The translations under genes and the position numbers were made by a program. This document shows positions 38,346 to 51,459 of a stretch of 64,000 bases of DNA, piece by piece; within the stretch, counting starts at the first letter, position 1; each line of letters opens with the position of its first letter. The DNA comes from Mobula hypostoma (taxonomy: Eukaryota): the NCBI RefSeq assembly GCF_963921235.1, contig NC_086097.1, positions 15,066,001 through 15,130,000 on the forward strand. Direction: 5' to 3'. The notes under the pieces were generated by a model, which was not told where the DNA came from, did not search any database, and was given only the letters and a program-made list of their open reading frames with translations.

Positions 38346-39860
38346 GTAAGTGAGAATATCGCAAACATTAGTTATTAGACGATAATATGACCAACATGAT
38401 AAAGAACAGAATACAGAGACAGGTGGGAAGTGAAGAAAGATACCTTAATTATTGGGCTGGCTGACACTTTCCTTGTAGTGATACTGGTTTGCTATATATC
38501 TTAGATCTGAAGATACTCCCAAAGTCAATAATTCTTTCCTCTCAGTGTTATGAAAACAACCACATTCATGAATCTATAGATTACCTCAATGTGCATTCTT
38601 ATTTCAACCAGAATTGGAAAATCCCGGAAATTCTACATTACGCAGTCAGTGACCTGTCAACAGCACTGCCAATCATCAGCACTTGAGCTGAAGTGAGTCA
38701 TTCTTGCATGGTGTGATGTGGCGCTATGCCACTTTCAAGTCCACAGCTTGCAACGGCATTGTCTGACCTTGGTCGTGTCAGTGTCGAGGACTTAGCATCA
38801 CCTGTTAAAAAGGCAGTATTCCATCTGAATAGGCTTTGGAAGCTACAGCAGGCAGGGGTTTGAGGCAAAGGTGTGAAGCCTGATTCAAACTGATTCAACA
38901 GAGCCAAGAGTTATGGTCCAGTCTTCCTTCAAAACCTGATAATAAATTTCACATCCACATCATTCCAAAAACAACACATGGATTGTGGTCCCCGTCACCA
39001 AGGTTGGGGATCAACAAGTACTTTTCCACAGTAGACAGAGCAATCAGATTTCCTAAAACAGTCTGCACAGAACTAACGCCAAGAAGAAACACCATCAAGA
39101 GAAAAGAATACTGTCCCTTTAAAATTCTATACCTTAAAAAAACTATACTTTATCTTCAGTGACTGTATTTTTCAACAAGAGAGGCCTCTCCATCTGGACT
39201 CAGTACCAGTCAACCACTTCATGATTCTAGATCCAGCTGTAGTTGCACTCAGCCGAAACTGGACATCTGCACAATGAGAGGCAAATGCATTTAAGGGCTG
39301 GGGTTAGTCTCTGTACATGGGAAGGTGATCCCTTTCACAATGGCTCTGCTGAGCAACTCCTGTGGATCTTGCTGGGACCCCGGTTTGCTTGTAACGTTGG
39401 CCAAAAATTGTCCAATCTTAGGAATTTAATGAAGAAACAATGGAATCTGCTCATAATGATCACTGATGTGGACGAGACTGTGGAGGAAAAGAGGGAGCTG
39501 GATTGTTCAAGATTACAGGCCACTCAGTCCCTTCAGATAAATCTCTCCGCACAGGCCAATGTATATGACTGCATTATGTTATGCAGTGCACCTTAATAGA
39601 GTTGTGAGCACAGCCAGCTACTGTATATCTAGTGAGTAATTTACACTTATATTGTGGTCAGTACATCCTGTACAGTCTCCCAGCACATTCTGCATGTGGT
39701 GATGAACATGTAAAATGGTTGAGAGGGAGACGGTGAGCGAAAGGCCAGGACTAGGTTTCTCTGAGATTCTTGTTTATCCATGTATACCGATGTAATCAAC
39801 GAGTGCTTCTTTCTATCCTTGGAACGGGCTGTGAGAACCCAGGCCTGGTGGACAATAGCT

Positions 39861-40088
<228 letters not shown>

Positions 40089-41009
40089 TCAAAGCTGACT
40101 GGCTGTCTTCCACCTCTCTTCCCAACTATCTTTTACCCCCTTCCGAGCCACTAACCCCTTGCTGGAAGAGAATTCCAGTGGGTTTGTGTTTCTCCAGTAA
40201 ATGCAGAGATGTTTCCCCTTACAGGTGAGTGTAGGGCAGGGCTTAATTACAGCATAAGGAATCATCAGATGAGGAGGAATTTCTTCTCTCAGAGGGTATT
40301 TGGAATTCTCTGGTCCTGAGAGTGGTAGGTATTCAGCCTGGTGATGTGACTGGAATTAGAGGTCAGAGGTTAAGGCTGAAAGGTGAGATATTTGAGGGGG
40401 AACTTCTTCACTCAGAGGGTAGTACGAGAGCGGAATGAGCTGCCAGCAGGAGTGGAAGATGTGGGTTCGATTGTGACATTTAAGAGAGGTTTGGTAGGTA
40501 TATGGTTGGGAGGGGTAAGAGAGGATGTGGTCTGGGAGCAGGTACAGAACTGTGTAAAGCTCTTAGGCACATATATATATAGCTGGAGTATCCAATACTG
40601 TTGCACAGTACTGTAGCAATTTTATGTACTGCACTATACTGCTGGCGCAAAAAAAAACAACAAATTTCATGACATACATGAGGTGAGTGATGATAAACCT
40701 GATTCTGATATGGGTTTCTATTGTAGACTGAGAGTGGGAAGGGGGCAGGGAGAGGTTGGGAAAAGGGGAAGAGAGAGGGGAGGGTGTGGGAAACAACAGA
40801 GAGAAGTCCTGTAATGATCAATAAACCAACTGTTTGGAAACAAATGATGTTGGTTGGTGTCTGGCCATAAACAGTCAATGTTTTGGGCTGAGACCCTTCC
40901 TCTGGACTGGAATCCGGGGGGGTGAGGGGAAGTAGTATAAAGCTAGAAGATGCTTCAACCCAGAATAATCACGATTCTGTACAATAGAGTAAAATGGATG
41001 ATAGCAAGT

Positions 41010-41700
41010 CAGAAACAATGAGAGATTCTGCAGATGCTGGAAATCTGAAGCAACACACTCAAAATGCTGGAGGAACTTGGCAGATTGGCCAGCATCCATG
41101 GAAATCAATAAACGATTGTTGTTTCAGGCTGAGACCCTCCTTCAGGTCTGGAAAGGAAGGGGGAAGACACCAAAATAAGAAGGTGGGGAGAGGGGAAGGA
41201 AGATAGCTAGAAGGTAAACACAAGGTACCCTGCAGATGCTGGGTTCAAAGCAACACGCACAACACGCTGGAGGAACTCAGCAGGTCGGGCAGCATCCGTG
41301 GAAATGTTTCGGGCCGAGACCCTTTGTTAGGACACTAGAAGGTGACAGGTGAATTCAGGTGGGCAGGAAAGGTAAGGGGCTAGAGAGGAAGAAATCTGAT
41401 AGGAGAGGAGAGTGGACCACAGGAGAACAGCAGGACCAAGGGGGTATTGATAGCCAGGTGAGAAGGGTAAGAGGCCAGAGTGGGGAATAGAAGGGGGGGG
41501 GGGATGTTTTTTTTACCTGAAGGAGAATCGATAGTTATGTCATCTAGTTGGAGGCTACCCAGACAGAATAGCAGGGGTTCCTCCTCCAGCCTGAGAGTGA
41601 CCTCATCATGGAATAAGAGGAGGCCATGGATTAACATGTCAGAATGGGAATGGGAATCAGAATTAAAATGCTTGGCCACAGGAAGTTTTGCTTTTGGCAG
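41010..41700 (-). mobile_element. Penelope-like element 3' part (GIY-YIG endonuclease C-terminus plus terminal repeat)
   Basis: ORF 41380-41679 reads AKHFNSDSHSHSDMLIHGL...RLEEEPLLFCLGSLQLD, resembling the PLE GIY-YIG C-terminus. Contains a nested insertion at 41216-41334. Confidence 0.75.
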
Positions 41701-42251
41701 GTGGAGCAGAGGAACGGAGATAGCAAATCATTTCATGCCTCTTCTAATTTTACTGATTTCCAGGGATGTAAACAATGGAAGAGATGATAAACTACTTTGG
41801 GCAGAGAGCAAAACCGACCATCTCTTGCACCACAATGGTTTTGTCTCTAACTAGGTTTTAGTTTGTCTTGTTTTATACACTCTTCTTTTTCTTTTCACTG
41901 TTTTGTATAACTTACATATAATCTATATTTCTGTATGTTGTCTGAACCTGCACATGTCTTTCATTGCACATGTACCTTACAATTAATGTACAAAGTCAAA
42001 ATTCTCCTGTTATAGCGTAAAATCAGGAGATATTCAGTAGGTCAGGCCATATCTATGGGAAGAGAAACAGACTTGATGTTTCAGATCCAAGACCCTTCGT
42101 CAGACTTTTTATATTCTCCTTTAGCTCAGTCCCTTGCTTCCTAATGGTAGTTTCACAGTTTGTATTTTCGATGTAGGACAAATATTGAAGCCAACATGAA
42201 TGGTAGTTAACAGATATTCAGTTACAGTTTCCTGCCTTGTTACCCACACTA

Positions 42252-42467
<216 letters not shown>

Positions 42468-43399
42468 CTAAATGTAAACAGATAGGGTCTTGTTTCTTAA
42501 AACTAAGGCATGCATTTTCTCCATTCTCAGCATGGTTCATGTTTACTCAGGTGTTTAATTGACTGAGTGTGACGAGCTGAGCCTCGAGGACCAATGAGAG
42601 GCAGTAAGAACATGATGTCGAGACCAATTCACTCTTGATACTACATTAGTTGTTTAGAGAGGAGGAAGAGATATTAGATAGAAAAGGGAGCCTGGTTTTT
42701 ATCACTGTTCCATGTTTTCAATTGACCACAGTCCCCCATTTCCACTGTGATTCCATGGCAAGATTCCAGACAATCTAATGAACTCTGAATGAAGGGTAGT
42801 TTTTGATGAAGGGTCTCGGCCTGAATTATCAACTATTTGTTCCCCTCCTTAGAGGCTACCTGACTCGCCGAGTTCCTCCAGCATTTTGTGTGCTTTGCTC
42901 AAGATTTCCAGCTTCTGCAGCACCTCTTGTGTTCCAGATACTCTGTCTGAATGGCTCTTCCTTATGACAACAAGCCTGATCTTCATTCAGGAATAACATG
43001 TCCTAGAGTTTAGTTTTTTCCTTATGGCGTAGGAGGCCATTTGGCCCAATGAGCCAATGCTGACTCACAGTGCAATCCCTTTCATAAGTACAGTAGCTGA
43101 AGAAGTTGGATTTGTTTTTGTTGGACGTCTTTAGGGGCATTCTTATTGAAATGCTGTATCTGCAGCTTAAGGAGGCTTGATACCGTAGATGTTGAGATGT
43201 TTCACAAGTGGGCAAATCTCAAACTAGGGGACACAGTTACAAGATAAATGTGGCGGACACTTATAGCTAAAACTAACTGTGTACGAATTTCTTCTTGCAG
43301 AGGCTGCCGAACCTCTTAAATTCTCTGCCGTTGAAAGGGTGGCTTATTGTAAAGGTTAGATCACCATATAACTATCTACAGTGGACAATTAACCTAGCG

Positions 43400-43735
43400 A
43401 CATACACAAAGTGCCAGAGGAGCTCAGCACGTCAGGCAGCATCTATGGAAATAAATAAACAGTCACTGTTTTGGGACCCTTCTTCTGGACTGAGAAGTTA
43501 AGGGGAAGATGCCAGAATGAAAAGGTCTGGAGGAGGGGAAAGAGGCTAGATGGAAGGTGATAGGTGAAGCCAGGTGGGTTGGAAAATGTCAAGGGCTGGA
43601 GAAGAAGATATCTGATAGGAGAAGAGAGTGGACCTTAGGAGAAAGGGAAGGAGGAGGGGATCCAAGCAGAAGTAACAGATGGACAGGTGAGAAGAGGTAA
43701 AAGGTTAGAGTGGAGAACTGAGGGGAGGAGGAAAT
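43400..43735 (-). mobile_element. Penelope-like terminal repeat fragment
   Basis: Similar to 41040-41500 and 52420-52760. Confidence 0.7.
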
Positions 43736-44054
43736 TAGCCCATTAACCCTTGTGTTAACCAGAGCACCCAGAGGAAACACATGCAACGCTCTCCCCCCCC
43801 ACCCCCGCACAGATAGTGCCAGGGTTCAGGAATTAATCTGATTGATGGCACTGTCGAGGCAGCAGTTTCGCTAGTTGTAGCACACCTCTACCAGAGCCAT
43901 GCCACAGTGCTGCCCAATCTTACCAGTTTTGAGATAGGATTAGATGCAATTACTTTGTGAATGGGCAATTTGAATGCTTAGCAACCAGCCAGACCTGCAG
44001 GATTTCAAACGGTGTATTTCTGATTTCTTGTGAAGATAAACTAGTATATGCCAA

Positions 44055-44310
44055 TTTATTTATTTAGATACAGCGCAGAATAGGCCCTCCCAGCCCTTCG
44101 AGCTACGCCACCCAGCAGCCCCTGATCTAATCCTGACCTAATCATGGGACGATTTACAATGACCAATTAACCCACCAACCGGTACATCTTTGGACTGTGG
44201 AAGGAAACCCACGTGGACGCGGGGAGAATGTACAGACTCCTTACAGGCAGTGGTGGGAATTGAGCCCATTTCTCCTGTATGGTAAAACGTTATGCTAACC
44301 ACTATGCTAT
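44055..44310 (-). mobile_element. V-SINE (HE1-like)
   Basis: Reverse orientation, same family as 37380-37640. Confidence 0.75.
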
Positions 44311-45451
44311 GAGAGCTGTTACCAAGGCAGCAAACTATTTTCCAGGAATATTCCATGTTTATAGAATTCAAATGAGGAAAAATACCAATAAATCTCTCAA
44401 TTGCACAGAAGAGAGAAAAAAAAACTTAATTGCATCTTTCTGATGGAAATTTCAACATAAATCGCTGCTGTGAACGTAAATCTGTTGGATGTCGTTTGAG
44501 TGGAATTACTACCAGGATAATATCAATCAAATCCATCTTGCGAGTCATGGGCTGACAAATCTCTAGGTGTACAACCCCCATTCATGACTGAATGGCCCCA
44601 TTGTAAATCTGCTTATCAAAGTACTGCCTGACAAAAATCCCTGCATTTCTTAACGATAATGCAATACAGCGAAATGGATTCATTCAGTGAGTATAAAACA
44701 GTCGGCCCATTAAATCCTGACAGATTATCTGCCTTTGTGATTTGGCACAGTAAAGATGGGGGGAGGAGGCAAGATAATAAAGATAAACTGGCATATCAAA
44801 CCGCTTACAAAGTTACATCACAACCACAATGGATGAGAAGAGCTGATGAGTGACAAGAGACATTGTCACTGCAAATGGAGGAGACAAAAAACTGTGAGGT
44901 ATTTGAAACAAAAGGAAGAGAAAATGCTGGAAGAACCCAGCAAGTCAGTCAGCTTCTGCAGAAAGAGAAATAGTCAAAGTTTCATACCTACTAACAGTAC
45001 ATCAGAACTGAGGTTTTGGATTTATAAAACTTTTGCAGCTTTTTTGATCCTAATTTCCTGTATTGATGAAGACTACTTGAAAGTTCAGTCATCCACTTCC
45101 CCATCTTTAGGCCAACCCATGATGGACCTCCGTTGAGAGGAAATCTATCGAAGTGAAAAGCTGGGTGAGGAAAAGGGGGAAAACGGGCAAGAGAAAAGGA
45201 TAGCTTTGTGAACAAAGATCAAAATGCCCTTAGCTATGATTGAAAGGATGTGATTTGTGACGGATAATTGCTGGGATGGTTTTGTTGTGTAAGACTGATC
45301 AAGTGTGAAGGGTAATTAAGGAGAAAGGGAGGACAAGGAGGAGAAGGGCTGGTGGGAGTAACAGGGAAAAGTACTGAGGACCTGGAGATAAAACAAGGAA
45401 TGTGAAGGAGAGAAGGAAACAAAGGAAGAGTATTAGGTGGTGAGAACAAAA

Positions 45452-45818
45452 TCCATAAGACACAGGAGCAGAATTAGGTCGTCTGGCCCATCGAGTCTGC
45501 TCTGCCATTTCAACATGGCTGTTCCATTTTACCTCTCAGCTCCAGTCTCCTGCCTTCTTCCCGTATCCCTTCTTGCTCTGACCAGTCAAGAATCTACCAA
45601 TCTCTGCCTTAAATAGACATAAAGTCTTGACCTCCACAGCTGCTTGTGGCAACGAATTCCACAGAATCACCACTCCCTGGCTAAAGAATTTCCACCTCAT
45701 CTCCATATTAAGTGGACGCCCCTCTATTCTGAGGCTGTGTCCTCTGGCCCTGGACTCTCCCACGATAGAAAACATCCTTTCCACATCCACCCTGTCGAAG
45801 CCTTTCAGCATTTGGTAA
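45452..45818 (-). mobile_element. CR1 LINE 3' fragment
   Basis: ORF 45536-45844 reads KGFDRVDVERMF...RGHSLRI...FFSQGVVILWNSLP. Confidence 0.85.
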
Positions 45819-46179
45819 GGTTCCAAAGGTTTGGAATGGAGCAAGAGGAGGAACAGAAAAGGCAGATGGAAGGGGTAGAGCAGGGATTCCCAGCCTGGAC
45901 CCCTTGCTTAGTGGTATTGGTCCATGGCACAAAAAAGGTTGAGAACCCCTGGAAGAAGAAAAGAGGGGAAAAGAATAACACATGGCTTAGGCCATGTCAC
46001 AGCTTTCTCCTGGAACAGGAACTAAAGATTCCTGATAATGGAGACTCAACGATAGGAGGTCCCTGGAACTTCTATTTGGCGGTCAGTTTCGATGCAATGT
46101 AATTTTAGGAAAGACATTTCTTTTGATGAATAAGCACATCTTTTTTTGTGTGTAAAACAAAATGTCTGCTGGATTTTAC

Positions 46180-46281
46180 CTTCATTGCATGCACTACAGC
46201 TTCAGGCTTTTGGGCACTGGGAATGTACCCAGGTGGCAACGCTGGATTGTTGGGGTCTCCAGTCACCAGCCGAGGGAGGCC
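46180..46281 (-). CDS. CCDC85C: CCDC85C coding exon (102 nt)
   Basis: Minus-strand acceptor tttaaacag| and donor |gtaaaa. Reads GLPRLVTGDPNNPALPPGYIPSAQKPEAVVHAMK, containing the CCDC85-family KPEAVVHAMK motif. I could not find upstream exons in the window. Confidence 0.92.
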
Positions 46282-47589
46282 CTGTTTAAAGAACACAAGA
46301 GTGGTGAGGACACAGCGCCTTCAAAAGGGATACCTGGGAAGTGGATGTGGCATTACATTTGAGGGAACGGGCAAAGAGGTAGAAAAAGGAAGTGGGGAGG
46401 TGGTGAGAGGGGAAGACAGGAGGGAATGGGACAGGTGGGAAGAGAAGTGAAGAAAGGGGAAGGAGAAAGAAGGGAAGACAAGAGAGAGAATGGAGAGAGG
46501 GAACACTGGGGCAGTGGGGAAATAAAATGATAGAAATTGATAGGAGATGGAACAGGCAAGGAGAGGAGAGAGATGGGATGAGAGAAGCAACACAAAAGGG
46601 GAAAGTGGAGAGGATGGTATAAGAATTGTGCACTGCAAACCCAAGAAAGGGAAACGGGTGAAAATGCACATCATTGAACAGCACTGTGGGATATCCAGCC
46701 ATTTGTCAAGCACAAGATGACAGCAGAGTGAGGAAACATTAGATGCTGCGAGTCCATACCAGCTGTATACAAGAGCATCCAAACTAGTCCCACTCTGCTG
46801 CCCTGCATTTTTTTTTTCCCTTTCAGCTACTTTTCCAGCTTCCTTTTCAACACAATTAAATCTGCCTTAATTACCAGTTCTGGCAATGTACTCCTGACCC
46901 AAGTCACACACAGGGTAAGGAGGTCTCTCTATATTTAATCGCCTGAGATTCTTCTGTCAATCACCTTCATGTTCTCTTCATGACTTTTCCACCAATGGAA
47001 ATAATTCTCCTACATCTATTCCAGGGGTTCCCAACCTTTTTTATGCCATGAACACCTACCATTAACTGAGTGCTCCATGGACCTCAGGATGATCCATTCA
47101 GTCTGCACTCAATATATCTTAAATATCTCTTTCCACCACAACTACCATAATTTGGGGTCGTTCTTGAGCAGAGGAGCATAGCATTACAACCTTCTTTGTT
47201 TCAAGAAGAATCGCTGTTAATCCACAAAAATAAAATCATTCCACCCTTGACCCTGTTTTCTGATATCTCTTCAGCTCCCTTTCTAAAGCCTTTACATCTC
47301 TCCTAATCTCACAGTGATTAGTACGATGCTATTATAGCTCAGGCCATTGGAGTTCGGAATTCAATTCCAGTGTGCTCTGTAAGGAATTTGTGCGTTCTCC
47401 CCGTGAATTTTCTCCGGGTGCTCCCCTTTACTTGCATTGGTCATTGTAACTTGACCTGTGATTAGGCCAGGGTTGAATAGATGGGTTGCTGCGCGGCGCA
47501 GTACGTTGGGCCGGGAGAGCCTGTTCCATGCTACATCTCTAAATAAATTCATGCATAAATAAATAAACCTGATTCTGATTTATATATAT

Positions 47590-48865
47590 AATCAGAATTG
47601 GGTTTATTATCACCAGCATATGCTGTGAAATTTGCAATGCGTAATAAATATGGAAAATAAGTCAATAAATGCCTACATTGAAATCAATCAATCAGTAAAT
47701 AAATGTGTCTGTATATGTGTAATAAATAGTGAAATTAAAAATAATGCAAAAACAGAAATAATTTTAAAAATTGAAGTAGTGTTCATGAGTTCAATGTCCA
47801 TTTAGGAATTGGATGGCAGAGGGGAAGAAACTGTTTGTGAATCGCTGAGTGTGTGCCTTCGGACTACTGTACCTCCTACCTGATGGTAACAATGAGAAAA
47901 GGGCATGCCCTGGAAATGGGGGCCCTTAATAATGGACGCCACCTTTCTGAGACACCGCTTGACGGAGATGACTTGGATACTATGGAGGCTATTGCCCATG
48001 ATGGAGCTGACTAATCTTACAACTTGCTGTAGCTTTTTTCAACTCTATGCAGTAACTCTATCCCTATCCCCCAATACCAGATAGTGAAGCAGTCTGTCAG
48101 AATGCTCTCCATGTACATCTGTAGAAACTTGTGAGTGTCTTTAGTGACATAGTAAATCTCCTCAAACGCCTAATGAAATATAGCCACTGCCGTGACTTGT
48201 TTGTATTTGCATTGATATGTTGGATCCAGGTTAGATTTTCAGAGATATTGACACCCAAGAACTTGAAATTGCTCACTCTTTCCACTTCTATGAGGACTGG
48301 TGTGTGTTCCCTCACCTTACCCTTTCTAAAATCCACAATCAACTCTTTGGTCTTACTGACAGTGAGTGCAAGGTTATTGCTGTGACAAAACTCAACTAGC
48401 TGGCGTACCTCGCTCCTGTACGCCCTCTCGAACCTATCTGAGATTCTGCCAACAATGGTTATATCATCAACAAATTTATAAGTGGCATTTGAGCTATGCC
48501 TAGCTATACAGTCATGGGTATAGAGGATTAGAGCAGTGGGCTAAGCACATATCCTCGAGGTGCGCCAGTATTGATTATCAGCGAGTAGATGTTATTACCA
48601 ATCTGCACAGGTTGTGGTATTCTGGTTAAGAAGTCAAGGATCCAATTGCAGATGGAGGTACAGAGGTCCAGGTTCTGTAGCTTATCGATCAGGATTGTGA
48701 GAACGATGGTGTTAAACACTGAGCTATAGTCAATGAACAGCAACCTGATGTAGGTATTTGTATTGTCCAGGTGACCTAAGGCCGTGTGAAGAGCCACTGA
48801 GATTGCATCAGCCACAGACCTAATGTGCCGATAGGCAAAATGCAGTGGGTGCAGGTCCTTGCTAA
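47590..48865 (-). mobile_element. Rex1/Babar-like LINE (RT portion to 3' tail)
   Basis: Encodes FAYRHIRSVADAI, IRLLFIDYSSVFNTI, NTGAPRGYVLSPLL, IVDFRK and FKFLGVNI. Confidence 0.88.
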
Positions 48866-49704
48866 GGCAGAGAGGTAGATAGACAGATATAAATAAATAA
48901 ATAGATAGATGGATAGATAGATAAACAGACAAGCAAACAAATGAATGATCAAATAAATAGTGTTATCTAATGCTCCAGTATAGCTATGCCTGAGTTTTAC
49001 AAAGGATCATAGTGATTTCCTGGCTTCTTAACCACATCCACAACTTTCCTTGTTTCTTTAATGAATTATGTTGTTATATCATCAAATCTCCCTGTCCTTG
49101 TGAAATACCCACTCTAGTTTATTTCTAGTTTATATCATCTTTTCTCATGCTTTCTCCCAAAACATAACACTTCTCAATTTTCAGTGTTAAATTTCATCCA
49201 CCACATATTTGCTTTTTTCACCAACCTGTCCACATTTCCTTTCAGGTAGTTCTGCTATAACATGCATTTTCATAATGAGAATTGGGTATAACATAATTAA
49301 TGGATTAGGGGACAAAACTTGCATTACGCTGGTTAAACTGGTTAAACACAATCAGGAACGTTCTAGTGTAGTAAGGTTTCTCAGAAACTCAAAAGTTCAA
49401 AATGCGAAGAAAATCTATTATCAGAATGCATACATGTCACCACATACTGCCATGAGGTTCATTTTCTTGTGAATGTTTAGAGTAAAAGAGCATTGAGCGA
49501 GTAACTCGGCGTTGTAAAAAACAGACAAATGTTATAGAAACAGCAAGGTTGCTGCCTAATGCGCCACAAAGCACAGAAAGCAACAATTGAGAGTAAAATA
49601 AAGAAGTACAATAGAATCAATGAAAAACTACACACAAAGACCAATAAGCAAAAGACAAACTGTGCAAATACACAAAAAGAAAATAAATAACTGAATACAC
49701 AAAC

Positions 49705-50390
49705 ATGGAGAGGAGACAGGCTAACCCCTATTGACATCAATGGATCTGTGGTTGAGATGGTGAACATCTTTAAATTCCTCGGCATACACATCACCGAGGA
49801 GCTCACGTGGTCTGTACGCACCAGCTGTGTGGTGAAAAAGGCACAACAGCGCCTCTTTCACCTCAGACGGTTGAGGAAGTTTGGTATGGGCCCCCAAATC
49901 CTAAGAACTTTCTACAGGGGCACAATTGAGAGCATCCTGACTGGCTGCATCACTGTCTGGTATGGGAACTGTACCTCCCTTAATCGCAGGAGTCTGCAGA
50001 GAGTGGTGCGGACAGCCCAGCGCATCTGTAGTTGTGAACTTCTTACTTTCCAGGATATTTACAAAGATAGGTGTGTAAAAAGGGCCTGAAGGATCACTGG
50101 GGACCCAAGTCACCCCAACCACAAACTATTCCAGCTGCTACCATCCGGGAAACGGTACCGCAGCATAAAAGCCAGGACCAACAGGCTCCAGGGCTGCCTC
50201 TTCCACCAGGCCATCAGACTGATTAACTCACGCTGATATAATTGTATTTCTATGCTATATTGACTGTCCAGTTGTACATATTTATTAAAATTACTATAAA
50301 TTGCACATTGCACATTTAGACAGAGACATAACATAAAGATTTTTACTCCACATCTATGTGAAGGATGTAAGAAATAAGTTCAATTCAAAT
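49705..50390 (+). mobile_element. Relatively intact 5'-truncated Rex1/Babar-like LINE
   Basis: Encodes FKFLGIHITEELTW...KAQQRLFHLRRLRKF...FYRGTIESILTGCITVWYG. One in-frame TGA, then continues to LLPSGKRYRSIKARTNRL. Confidence 0.88.
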
Positions 50391-51221
50391 CAAATATATA
50401 AATATAAACTGATAACATGAATTGTGAATCGATAGGTTGTGTTCAGTGATGGGATGAGTGAAGTTATCCACACTGGTTCAGCAGCCTGATGGTTGAGGAG
50501 TAATAACTGTTTCTGAATCTGGTGGTGTGGGACCTGAAGGCTCCTGTACCTCCTTTCCAATGGCAGCAGTGAGATAGGAGTATGGCCTGGATGGTTTGCA
50601 TTCTTGACGACATGTATTGCTTTCTTGCGGCAGTGCTTCTTGTAGGTATCTCCATCACGATTGCCTTAGAGCAGGGCCAACTGTATTAACATCTTCATTT
50701 CCACAATACCTCCAAGTTTTGTGCCATCTGCAAGTTTGAAAACTGTGCCCCGTGTACACCCAAGTTCACGTCTGTAATATAAAGCATTGTATATGGGACT
50801 GAAAACAGGAGAATGCCACAGCACACGTCCTCCTGTTCAAAAAGCAACCTTTCATTATCATGACAATCTTTTACCGTTCCTTTCACTAAATCCCTGTGGT
50901 GAAAACAGAATTTGCAGATCAACATGTGATGGACGTATGCAAGCTTACCCAACTCCCTGTGGAAACTAGTAACCTTGATGCAAATGGTGTAAATTAACTT
51001 TTGCAGACAGTGTGTTGAAGACGAAGGAACAGTTGTGGCAATGGTTATGTTCAAGTAGTCAGAATCAGATTTAATATCACTGGCATAGTTGTTGTCTTTG
51101 CGGCAGCAATAGAACGCAATACATAATAATAGAAAACAAACTGTAAATTACATTAAGCTTATACAGTCTATATTAAATAGTTAAATAAATAAGTGGTTTA
51201 AAAATAGAAATAAAAAAGGTC

Positions 51222-51459
51222 AAACAACAGGAATTCTGCAGATGCTGGAAATTCAAGCAACACACATCAAAGTTGCTGGTGAACGCAGCAGGCCAAGCAG
51301 CATCTATAGGAAGAGGCGCAGTCGACGCTTCAGGCCGAGACCCTTCGTCAGGACCCTTCGTCCTGACGAAGGGTCTCGGCCTGAAACGTCGACTGCGCCT
51401 CTTCCTATAGATACTGCTTGGCCTGCTGCGTTCACCAGCAACTTTGATGTGTGTTGTTT
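51222..51459. mobile_element. Palindromic Penelope-derived insertion
   Basis: 13-bp TSD AATAAAAAAGGTC (51209-51221 and 51460-51472). 97-bp inverted arms at 51258-51354 and 51360-51456. Confidence 0.88.
51360..51393 (+). ncRNA. Minimal type-I hammerhead ribozyme motif
   Basis: GUC-CUGACGA-AGG[GUCUCGG]CCU-GAAA-CG-UC-GAC. All core residues present, 3-bp stem I, predicted cleavage after C51390. Confidence 0.65.
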
